Source: a virus
Lineage: Duplodnaviria; Caudoviricetes
Virus record (IMG/VR): IMGVR_UViG_3300043395_003775
Coordinates: 1-27,326 of that record
Length of the DNA stretch: 27,326 nt
Direction: 5' to 3' (one strand)
In this document: positions 8,844 to 17,022 of the stretch, in pieces
How the letters are laid out: each line of letters starts with the position of its first letter
Numbering within the stretch: the stretch's first letter is position 1
Program-made: the position numbers and the translations under genes
Notes under the pieces: model-generated
Databases searched by the model: none
What the model saw: only the letters and a program-made list of their open reading frames with translations
What the model was told of the DNA's origin: nothing

Positions 8844-9683
8844 ATGACTAAAAATATAGAATTACTAAAACAAGTTTTGAGTATCCCAACTAAGACTTAC
8901 AAAGAGGATATGATGATTTCATATCTTTCTAAATGGTTGGCTGCTAATAATATTGAATTTTATTTAGACGATAAAAGAAATATCTACGCAACAAAAAAAC
9001 CCCAAGGAGAATTACCAAAAGATTTTTATTTTCCTTGTGTAATCTCACACACAGACACCGTTCACAGTTTGGATGTTATCAATGTTATTGAAGAACAACT
9101 TCCAAATGCACAGGACGAATTGAAATTATCTCTCAAAGGTTATAACGATTTGGGAAGACCGACAGGTATTGGTGGTGACGACAAATGTGGAGTTTTTGCT
9201 TGTATGACCTTACTTCGTGAATTACCTTATCTTAAGGCTGCTTTCTTTGTTTCTGAAGAAACAGGGTGCCACGGTTCGCGTAGTGCTGACCCTGAGTTTT
9301 TTGAGAACGTGGGTTACGGAATTCAATTCGATGCACCTGAAAATTGGATGATTACTGAGAAATGTTTCGGACAAGTTTTGTTTGACCGTGATTCTGAATT
9401 TTTCAAATCTTGTGACGAAGTTCTCACTGAAGGAATGGTGAAAGAAAACATGCAATATATGGTTCATCCCTATACTGATGTTTATGCCTTGAGAGGGAAA
9501 TTTGATTTTTCTTGTATTAACTTTTCAATTGGTTATTACAACTATCATACAGCTAATGAATATGTTGTTGTAGATGACGTTTTCAACGGAATTGAAATGG
9601 GAAGAAAAATGATTCAGAAATTGGGATATAATCTTCACTACAAAAAGTCACAAGATTATGTTCAAAGGTCTTATACTTTTTAA
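8844..9683 (+). CDS. M20/M28-family zinc metallopeptidase/hydrolase
   Basis: Metal-ligand motifs SHTDTV, GGDDKCG, SEETG, QFD and YHT. Confidence 0.85.
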   Translation: MTKNIELLKQVLSIPTKTYKEDMMISYLSKWLAANNIEFYLDDKRNIYATKKPQGELPKDFYFPCVISHTDTVHSLDVINVIEEQLPNAQDELKLSLKGYNDLGRPTGIGGDDKCGVFACMTLLRELPYLKAAFFVSEETGCHGSRSADPEFFENVGYGIQFDAPENWMITEKCFGQVLFDRDSEFFKSCDEVLTEGMVKENMQYMVHPYTDVYALRGKFDFSCINFSIGYYNYHTANEYVVVDDVFNGIEMGRKMIQKLGYNLHYKKSQDYVQRSYTF

Positions 9684-10288
9684 ATGAAGTCTTCTAATTG
9701 ACTTATATATTTTTTAACCATCGGGTGGTCTTGTATATCAGTATATTCGACCCCCGATTTTTTCATTTCTTTGACTTGATTTATAATTTGTGAAAGTTGA
9801 AATAAAACACCTTGAGACATCATAGGATAGTTTTCTATATAACTTGAAAGTTTAAATTGTTGTTTTGCAATTTGTATGGGTATACCTAATTTAATAACGA
9901 GTTTTGCCACCATATTTTTAGCAAATTGGTCAGCATCAAGTTCCATTTCCCAATAATGTTTATTTAATTTTTCCAAATCATCCAAATCAAAATCGGTAAA
10001 AGGATTTGGCATTTTTATGTCTCGTACTTGTTGGTCATGTCTTATTTCGTGAAAAATAGTATATAAAAAATCGCCAATCGTCCTCATGTTCATTGGTGAA
10101 CAAATAATGACTTGGTCTCTTGTTCTAACACCAGAAAAACCTGTCGCACATGAATTTAAAAACTTTACATTAACTTTTTGTTTTTGAATATAATCTTTCA
10201 CAAAGGTTTCGATTATATCAACCTTAGACTTATATTCACTTGGAAAATTTTGTTTAAACTGGTTAAGGAGTCTTGAAAGATTACTCAT
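9680..10288 (-). CDS. zincin-like HExxH metalloprotease-domain protein
   Basis: FHEIRH followed by ELDAD (ExxA third ligand); TATTTATA 3 nt upstream of the ATG. Confidence 0.65.
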   Translation of the reverse strand: MSNLSRLLNQFKQNFPSEYKSKVDIIETFVKDYIQKQKVNVKFLNSCATGFSGVRTRDQVIICSPMNMRTIGDFLYTIFHEIRHDQQVRDIKMPNPFTDFDLDDLEKLNKHYWEMELDADQFAKNMVAKLVIKLGIPIQIAKQQFKLSSYIENYPMMSQGVLFQLSQIINQVKEMKKSGVEYTDIQDHPMVKKYISQLEDFI

Positions 10289-10300
10289 TCTTATAAATAT

Positions 10301-10330
10301 AAAAAAAAGGGACTTATCGTCCCTTTTTTT
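10301..10330. terminator. symmetric hairpin terminator overlapping the Clp stop codon
   Basis: AAAAAAAGGGAC-TTATC-GTCCCTTTTTTT. Confidence 0.75.
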
Positions 10331-12326
10331 CTACTACCACATTTTCACCGTCGACTTTTAATTTGTAGTTCTTATTTTCTAACATTTTTCCAGTCAAGAC
10401 TTCCTCGGAGAGCAAATCTTCGATTTTATCTTGAATTGCCCTTTTAAGAGGACGAGCACCATATAATTCATCAAAACCAACTTTAGAGAGATACTCAACC
10501 AATGTCTCATCATAAGAAACTTTGTAGTTCATATCTTCAAGTCTACCAATCAACTTCTTGAGCTCAATTTCAGTAATCTTCTTTATATCATCCTTACTCA
10601 AACTATTGAAAACGATTGTGTCGTCGATACGGTTGATGAACTCAGGAGAGAAGAAATTTTTCATTTCTTTCATCAATACCTGTTTTTTAGCTTCTTCGTT
10701 TCCGTATGCACTTGTACCAAAACCGATACCTGTTCCGAAATCTTGAAGTTTTTTCACACCCAAATTTGAAGTAAGAATAATTAGAGTATTCTTGAAATTA
10801 ATCTTACGACCCAAGCTATCAGTAACGTGTCCGTCATCTAATATCTGAAGTAAAACAGTGAAGACATCTTTGTGAGCTTTTTCAACTTCGTCAAAAAGAA
10901 TCACAGAATATGGTTTATTCTTAACCTTTTCTGTAAGAAGACCGCCTTCTTCATACCCAACATATCCTGGAGGGGCTCCAACCAATTTAGAAACTGTGTG
11001 TTTTTCTTGGTATTCAGACATGTCCACACGTATTAGAGAATCTTCAGAACCAAATATTTCTTTTGCTAGTTGTTTAGCTAAGTGAGTTTTACCAACACCT
11101 GTTGAACCTAAGAATACAAATGAACCGATTGGACGATTTGGGTCTTTGATTCCCAAACGGTTTCTTTTAATTGCTTTTGCAATTTTTTTAACAGCGTCGT
11201 CTTGTCCTATTACTTTACCCATCAATTCTTTATCTAAGTTGATTAGAGCTTTTGTATCATCAACACTCATTTTGTTAACGGGAATTTTAGTCATGTTTGA
11301 AACAACATCATATACATCTCCCAATGAAATTTGTCTTTTGTTGTTAATCATTTCTTCCTCAAACTTCTTTTTCTCGTTGTCCAACTTATCCAAAAGTTTT
11401 TTCTCTTTATCTCTGAGTTGTGCCGCTTGTTCGTAGTTCTGTTTTTTTACAACTTCGATTTTCTGATTACGGATTTCCGCTGCTTTCTTTTTCAACTCTT
11501 CGATTGAAGGTGGAACTTTTAATTCAGTTTGCATTCTTGCACCAACCTCATCCATGATATCAAAAGCCTTATCGGGGAATTCACGGTCAGTGATGTAACG
11601 GTCAGCAAGTTTTACACAAGTCTCAATAACCTCATCAGAATAAGAAACTTTATGATATGTTTCATATTTGTCTCTAATGTTTTTAAGGATTTGAATTGTT
11701 TCAACAACAGAGGATGGGTCAACCATTACTTTTTGGAATCTACGCTCCAATGCTCCGTCTTTTTCAATATTCTTACGGAACTCATCCAAAGTCGTAGCAC
11801 CGATAATTTGAATCTCACCACGAGATAAAGCAGGTTTGAAAATATTGGAACCGTCCATAGAACCTGCAGAGTTACCTGAACCAACTAAGGTGTGAACTTC
11901 ATCAATGAATACAATGATGTTCGGATTAGCTTGGAGTTCTTCGATGATAACTTTCATTCTTTCTTCAAACTGTCCACGGTATTTTGTTCCTGCCACAACT
12001 GAGGTCAAATCCAAATTGACCAATCTTTTGTCTAAAAGATTTCTCGGACATTCCCCACTTACAATTTTCATAGCAAGACCTTCGACAATTGCAGTTTTAC
12101 CACAACCAGGTTCACCAATGATAATTGGATTGTTTTTCTTTCTACGAGATAAAATTTGAGCAATTCTCAGAATTTCACGGTCTCTTCCAATCACGGGGTC
12201 AAGTTTTCCTTGTTCGGCTAACTTATTCAAATCCCTACTGAAATTGTCTAATACGGGTGTACTACTGTCTGAGTTCTGTTTTTGTTTTTTACTCATTTTT
12301 TCGTCGTCGTCCATTAAATCATTCAT
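10314..12326 (-). CDS. clpC: ClpC-like Hsp100/Clp ATPase lacking the N-terminal domain
   Basis: Two AAA+ modules (GEPGCGKT/FIDEVH and GSTGVGKT/LFDEVEK), pore loops KYRG and GYVG, UVR-like M-domain QNYEQAAQLRD, ClpP-docking GIGF loop; only about 25 aa precede LDNFSRDL. Confidence 0.9.
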   Translation of the reverse strand: MNDLMDDDEKMSKKQKQNSDSSTPVLDNFSRDLNKLAEQGKLDPVIGRDREILRIAQILSRRKKNNPIIIGEPGCGKTAIVEGLAMKIVSGECPRNLLDKRLVNLDLTSVVAGTKYRGQFEERMKVIIEELQANPNIIVFIDEVHTLVGSGNSAGSMDGSNIFKPALSRGEIQIIGATTLDEFRKNIEKDGALERRFQKVMVDPSSVVETIQILKNIRDKYETYHKVSYSDEVIETCVKLADRYITDREFPDKAFDIMDEVGARMQTELKVPPSIEELKKKAAEIRNQKIEVVKKQNYEQAAQLRDKEKKLLDKLDNEKKKFEEEMINNKRQISLGDVYDVVSNMTKIPVNKMSVDDTKALINLDKELMGKVIGQDDAVKKIAKAIKRNRLGIKDPNRPIGSFVFLGSTGVGKTHLAKQLAKEIFGSEDSLIRVDMSEYQEKHTVSKLVGAPPGYVGYEEGGLLTEKVKNKPYSVILFDEVEKAHKDVFTVLLQILDDGHVTDSLGRKINFKNTLIILTSNLGVKKLQDFGTGIGFGTSAYGNEEAKKQVLMKEMKNFFSPEFINRIDDTIVFNSLSKDDIKKITEIELKKLIGRLEDMNYKVSYDETLVEYLSKVGFDELYGARPLKRAIQDKIEDLLSEEVLTGKMLENKNYKLKVDGENVVVEKKGR

Positions 12327-12341
12327 AGTAATTAATTTTTG

Positions 12342-12373
12342 TAAAGATGTATCAAATTTTGGACTTAACCAAA
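12342..12373 (-). promoter_or_regulatory. host-type promoter variant for clpC
   Basis: Minus strand TTTG (12373-12370), 20-nt spacer, CATCTTTA (12349-12342). Confidence 0.45.
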
Positions 12374-12378
12374 CTTTG

Positions 12379-12449
12379 AGACAAAATGTCTTATAGTTTA
12401 TTTATCAACTGACTTTTTGTCGTGATTAGTCTCACGGCATAAAAGTTGA
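12379..12449 (+). promoter_or_regulatory. sigma54-like promoter with two upstream palindromes, upstream of hsp20
   Basis: AGACA-AAA-TGTCT (12379-12391), TGACT-TTT-TGTCG (12410-12422), CGGCAT-AAAAG-TTGA (12435-12449). Confidence 0.5.
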
Positions 12450-12495
12450 CTATCACAAAGATAAATAATAAACTTTAAAAACAAAAATTAAAAAC

Positions 12496-12891
12496 ATGAT
12501 GTACACTTCAGAATTTAATGACCTATTCGACACATTTTTTAACAACAGAGGTCGTAACAATTTTAATTACAGCACAACAGTCTTGAAAAATGGTTCAGAC
12601 GAAACTTATGAAATCAATCACACAAAAGATGGTGCATACCTATTCTTTGAGGCACCAGGTTTCAACAAAACCAATTTGAGGGCTGAAATGGAAGACGGAG
12701 TCCTCTACATTAATGGTAAAAGAACTTACAAATTAAATGGTGAAGAGAAAACAAAAACAATTAACAAGGAATTCAAAATCGGTGATGGTTATAATGCATC
12801 GTCAATCGAAGCAACTATCGAAGATGGTATGTTAACTGTCTTTGTACCAAACTACAAAAAACAAGACAAGAAAAGAATTAGTATTCTTTAA
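12496..12891 (+). CDS. small heat-shock protein (Hsp20/alpha-crystallin)
   Basis: EAPGFNK, EDGVLYING, IEATIEDGMLTVFVP and the C-terminal I-x-I motif (RISI). Confidence 0.9.
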   Translation: MMYTSEFNDLFDTFFNNRGRNNFNYSTTVLKNGSDETYEINHTKDGAYLFFEAPGFNKTNLRAEMEDGVLYINGKRTYKLNGEEKTKTINKEFKIGDGYNASSIEATIEDGMLTVFVPNYKKQDKKRISIL

Positions 12892-12912
12892 GATTCAATA
12901 ATGGACATCCGT

Positions 12913-12942
12913 AAAACCCTCATCATTTCGGTGGGGGTTTTG
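12913..12942 (+). terminator. Rho-independent terminator after hsp20
   Basis: AAAACCCTCATC-ATTTC-GGTGGGGGTTTT. Confidence 0.8.
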
Positions 12943-12953
12943 TATTTATATTT

Positions 12954-13295
12954 ATGAAACCATATTTCGAATTAATTCAAGATAGTTTAGCCCTTAGAAA
13001 TTTGTTAGATGTTTATTTGGAAATGAGAAAGCATTTTCAAGATTTGGGTTTCAGTGAATCTGATTTGGATGACCCTCCAACATATACCGCAACTATGATG
13101 AATTTACATGATAAATTTACCCATAGACTAAATTCTTTACATCGTATGATAAGTGATTATGGATTTAATATTGAACGTGATGAGTTGGTGGACTATGTAC
13201 AACCACTACTTCTCAAAATAAACGAATTAACACCTTTAAAAGATGGCGATAACAAGGGAAACAATACAGGGGACGAAGATAATCAACGAGATTAA
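12954..13295 (+). CDS. hypothetical protein (113 aa)
   Basis: ORF with TATTTATA 3 nt upstream; its 3' end overlaps the KTSC gene by 53 nt. Confidence 0.65.
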   Translation: MKPYFELIQDSLALRNLLDVYLEMRKHFQDLGFSESDLDDPPTYTATMMNLHDKFTHRLNSLHRMISDYGFNIERDELVDYVQPLLLKINELTPLKDGDNKGNNTGDEDNQRD

Positions 13296-13485
13296 ATCTT
13301 CTAATATTAAATCTGCAGAATACGATACTGAATCGAAAAAACTTATTGTTGAATTTAACAATGGTTTCAAATATGAATACGATGAAGTACCTCATCAGAC
13401 TTACACAAAATTCAGAATGGCAGACTCTCAAGGTAAGTTTTTTACAACAGATATTTCCAAAAAGTTCAAATACAAAAAACTATAA
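13243..13485 (+). CDS. KTSC domain protein
   Basis: SSNIKSAEYD...LIVEFNNG.KYEYDEVP...F..ADSQGKFF...I pattern. Confidence 0.85.
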   Translation: MAITRETIQGTKIINEIKSSNIKSAEYDTESKKLIVEFNNGFKYEYDEVPHQTYTKFRMADSQGKFFTTDISKKFKYKKL

Positions 13486-13506
13486 CACTTAGACTATTTA
13501 TTTAGG

Positions 13507-14262
13507 ATGAGTAAGTTTAGTAAAATTTTAGATAGTTTTTCAGTTCAAGATACCCTAAACCCTAAAATTTGGGAAAATCCTTCCGAACCAAAAAAAGCCG
13601 TGATGAAACCAAAAGTCAGAAAGGCTTTGATGCGTATTGCTGAAGAATTTATTGATTATTTGGGGGATGATGTATTTGTTGACGATGTAGTACTTACAGG
13701 CTCCCTTTCCAATTTTAATTGGTCAGAATTTTCTGATTTTGATTTACACGTATTAGTCGATTTACAACAATACGAAAAAGAAGCACCGTTATATAAAGAA
13801 TTATTTGACTTGAAAAAATTTGTTTTCAATGAGAGACATGATATCAAAATCTATGGATATGATGTAGAACTTTATGCTCAAGACACTGAAGAAATCCACA
13901 CTAGTTCAGGTGTTTATTCAGTGATGAATGATGAATGGTTAAATGTACCTGAAAAAATGAAATTCGAAATTGATAAAAAGGTTTTACAAAACAAAATCGA
14001 ATGTTGGGTTGAAAAAATTGAAAAAGCCACAGATACTGAAACTTTGGATGATAATATTGAGGTGTTAGAAAATTTAAGAAATAAATTGAAAGAATATAGG
14101 AAGTCGGGATTGGAAGGTAAAGGTGAACTTTCATACGAGAATTTGGTGTTCAAGTTTCTCAGGAGGTCAGGTCACATACAAAAGTTATTTGATTCAACTC
14201 ACAAAGCAGTGGATAAAAAATTATCAGTCGAAAGGAAAATAGAAGAATCTTCCCAAAATTGA
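13507..14262 (+). CDS. Pol-beta superfamily nucleotidyltransferase
   Basis: LTGS...SDFDLHV (GS plus DxD) and a third acidic residue in DVELY; C-terminal GELSYENLVFKFLRR. Confidence 0.75.
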   Translation: MSKFSKILDSFSVQDTLNPKIWENPSEPKKAVMKPKVRKALMRIAEEFIDYLGDDVFVDDVVLTGSLSNFNWSEFSDFDLHVLVDLQQYEKEAPLYKELFDLKKFVFNERHDIKIYGYDVELYAQDTEEIHTSSGVYSVMNDEWLNVPEKMKFEIDKKVLQNKIECWVEKIEKATDTETLDDNIEVLENLRNKLKEYRKSGLEGKGELSYENLVFKFLRRSGHIQKLFDSTHKAVDKKLSVERKIEESSQN

Positions 14263-14330
14263 TATTTATTTGATTACGACGAATAACAACAATTATTCTA
14301 TGTAGTCGTATATTTATAAAGAAAAAATAA

Positions 14331-15347
14331 ATGGCTTTAGTAACATATCTCGTAGGTCCGTGTGTTGGTGGTCCGTCAATACTTGTTGATTTTGATAGTA
14401 GTAATCTACCAGCGGTAAACGGAAATTATTATCTTACTTTCACAGGTGCAACTGCTGAAGGTTGTTATGATATAATTGATAATGCAGAACCATCAACAGC
14501 AGTTGATAAAGTTGCAACATTATCGTCTGATTACGGAGATTGTATTACTTGCCAAGCAATTGTAACCCCAACACCAACTGCGACTGCAACGCCAACTAAA
14601 ACACCTACACCAACTGCAACACCAACCGATACACCAAATGTAACAACTACACCTACAGATACACCAAGTGTTACACCAACACCGTCTGTGACTACTACAA
14701 GCACCCCAACCACAACTCCAACAAAAACACCGACAGGCACACCAGCAAGCACACCTGCGGTTACACCAAGTATAACTGCTTCAGCAACTGCAACACCAAC
14801 GGATACACCAAATGTTACAGTAACACCAACAATTACTGCATCACCAACAGACACTCCTAACCCAACTCCAACTCCTACTGCAACAGCTGCCGTAACTTCA
14901 ACCCCAACACCTACAACAACTAAGACCCCAACGCCTACACCAACACCTCCAGGTTATTGGTTAATCACCGATTGTATCGGTACATCATGGAGTGTTGAAA
15001 TCACTGGAGTATCTCCATCAATTGGAGATATGTATATCTTCACATTTGATAATAATAATTTAGACTATAACTGTTACTTTGTTACTGATACCAGCTATGG
15101 TCCTATAGTTGCAACAGCAACATTCCTAAGTGGTCCTTACGTAGATTGTGCCGAGTGTGGAGTAGTTTACACAGGTACATCAGTAAACCAATTCTACGAA
15201 TATACCGCGGCTATGGAAGGTTCCTTCAGTGGAGGTACCTTACCTGCAGGTGTACAAGTACCACATCCTGGATTCGCGACAGAAAATGGAGTGGCAGTCC
15301 AACTAAACGCAGTACTCTTAGGAGGAGTAAACGGATTAAATAGTTAA
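14331..15347 (+). CDS. Thr/Pro-rich mucin-like protein with two Cys-containing domains, probably on the virion surface
   Basis: About 130-aa TP linker flanked by similar domains ending YGDCITC and YVDCAEC; TATTTATA at 14311-14318. Confidence 0.7.
   Translation: MALVTYLVGPCVGGPSILVDFDSSNLPAVNGNYYLTFTGATAEGCYDIIDNAEPSTAVDKVATLSSDYGDCITCQAIVTPTPTATATPTKTPTPTATPTDTPNVTTTPTDTPSVTPTPSVTTTSTPTTTPTKTPTGTPASTPAVTPSITASATATPTDTPNVTVTPTITASPTDTPNPTPTPTATAAVTSTPTPTTTKTPTPTPTPPGYWLITDCIGTSWSVEITGVSPSIGDMYIFTFDNNNLDYNCYFVTDTSYGPIVATATFLSGPYVDCAECGVVYTGTSVNQFYEYTAAMEGSFSGGTLPAGVQVPHPGFATENGVAVQLNAVLLGGVNGLNS
14562..14951 (+). repeat. low-complexity (ACx CCx)n coding repeat
   Basis: Encodes TPTPT and recurring TPTDTPNVT units. 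Confidence 0.8.
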
Positions 15348-15367
15348 AAAAAACAATAGTTCAAAAT

Positions 15368-16633
15368 ATGGCAGACTTAAAACCAATTGGAAGTGAAAAA
15401 CTCACAGGCCAAGACAAGATAAAAAGAATTATGGAAATTGCTCGTTTTAAAGAGAATATCCCTAATACATTGAATGAAACTAGTAGAAGCGAATACGGTA
15501 TTAATCTTGCTGATGGAATGTCTTATGAAATTGTAAAAGAAAGACAAGGCTACATCATTAAGAAAGTTGTAACTGAAGGAGTTACAGAATATATCGAACC
15601 AATGAAGAATAGAAAATACTATTCATCTTATTCACAGGCTTTTAAAAGACTAAATTTATTTGCCGCTGAACTCAATAGATTGAATGAGAATGAAGAGGGA
15701 GTTTCTCTTTTCGGCGAACAAAAAAAGTTTGTCTTAAAAACTCCAAAACCAGCGGCACCTGAGGCGGCACCTGAAGAAATGATGGCACCCCCTGTGGCAC
15801 CACCAGCGGTACCTTCACCTGAATTACCCCCTTCACCTGAGATGGCACCTATGGGAGCAGAACCAGGAATGGATGCGGGAGCACCAATGCCTGATTTAGG
15901 AGGAGGAGAATTACCTGACGAGGGAGGAGATGAGGAAATTTCAATGGATACTGAAGTTGAAACAGAAGTTGGTGGCGGAGAAGCAGAAGAAAAAGTTACA
16001 TTTAAAACTATACAGAAACTTACAGGTAAGTTAACACAAAAAATCAGGACCTTAGATAATGAAGAAGGTATGACCTCTGAAAACATCAAGTATGTTATCA
16101 ATATGGTGTTATCATCACTTGATTTAGGCTCATTATCTGAGGAAGATAAGGAAGATATCATGTCCAAGTTTGACGAAGTAGAATCTGAAGATGAAATGGG
16201 TGGAATTGATGGTATGGCACCTGAAGAAGATATTACATCTGATACGGAGGTAGAAGATATCCAAGCAGATATGGACGTACCTGTTGAAGGTGAAATGGGA
16301 GAAGAAATTGGAAACGGAGCAATATTCGATTCAATCTTTGGAGAGTCGAAAGTTGATAAGGTTATTTCAAAATACTTTGAAATCAGTAAAAAAGAAATTC
16401 TTGAGAATAGACAAAAGTTTGTTCAAAAGAAAAATGAATCAGTTGTATCAGTAAAAAGACAAATGGCTGAAGTTCAAAGATTAGTTGAAACTGTTGAACA
16501 AAAATTAGCTGCTAAGAAATTTTTGGAAGAAAATTCAAAAGCAACAATTGTTGGTAAAACAAACAAAAAAAATTTAGTATTTGAACATAAAGGTGAACAA
16601 ATAAAAATTTCGCCTGAAGGATTGTTATTATGA
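15368..16633 (+). CDS. acidic/Pro-rich head-region protein
   Basis: Long ORF in the structural operon with P/E/G-rich linkers; ATGA overlap with the next gene. Confidence 0.8.
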   Translation: MADLKPIGSEKLTGQDKIKRIMEIARFKENIPNTLNETSRSEYGINLADGMSYEIVKERQGYIIKKVVTEGVTEYIEPMKNRKYYSSYSQAFKRLNLFAAELNRLNENEEGVSLFGEQKKFVLKTPKPAAPEAAPEEMMAPPVAPPAVPSPELPPSPEMAPMGAEPGMDAGAPMPDLGGGELPDEGGDEEISMDTEVETEVGGGEAEEKVTFKTIQKLTGKLTQKIRTLDNEEGMTSENIKYVINMVLSSLDLGSLSEEDKEDIMSKFDEVESEDEMGGIDGMAPEEDITSDTEVEDIQADMDVPVEGEMGEEIGNGAIFDSIFGESKVDKVISKYFEISKKEILENRQKFVQKKNESVVSVKRQMAEVQRLVETVEQKLAAKKFLEENSKATIVGKTNKKNLVFEHKGEQIKISPEGLLL

Positions 16634-17022
16634 GTAAATTGATATTTGTAAACGGATTAGGACCAAATTATAAAGGGGATAATCTTTACGAATTCATTTT
16701 TTCAGATACAACAGATGTTTGGGGGGAATCTTGGGAGAGCAAACCATCAAATGGTTATCCAACACCACCCGAATTAAAATATATCAAAAAGGTGGGAGTT
16801 CTGAGAAATACCGATATAAAGTTGGAATTGATTCAGAACTCCGATTTTTTTTCTATGATAGACGCAATGGACGATGTTGTTGCGTTAGCTTGGGAAACGG
16901 AGGATGAAAACAAAGGAAGATTGGTTTTCAGATTTGGTCAGACAGAAAATGAAATAAAAGATAAACTCTATGAAAGGGATTTAATCTTAGAATTTGAAAA
17001 GAAAGAAGTTTATGAAAAATAA
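16630..17022 (+). CDS. hypothetical protein (130 aa)
   Basis: ORF overlapping both neighbours in the operon. Confidence 0.75.
   Translation: MSKLIFVNGLGPNYKGDNLYEFIFSDTTDVWGESWESKPSNGYPTPPELKYIKKVGVLRNTDIKLELIQNSDFFSMIDAMDDVVALAWETEDENKGRLVFRFGQTENEIKDKLYERDLILEFEKKEVYEK

Noticed and set aside
10314-12326. ClpB disaggregase call
   Set aside because: The short UVR-type M-domain and the IGF loop indicate ClpC type
3018-12891. Bacterial chromosome flanking a prophage
   Set aside because: Host-like genes are interleaved with phage-type hypotheticals and share the TATTTAT motif and terminator style; no integrase or housekeeping operon is present. A chimeric assembly cannot be excluded without reads
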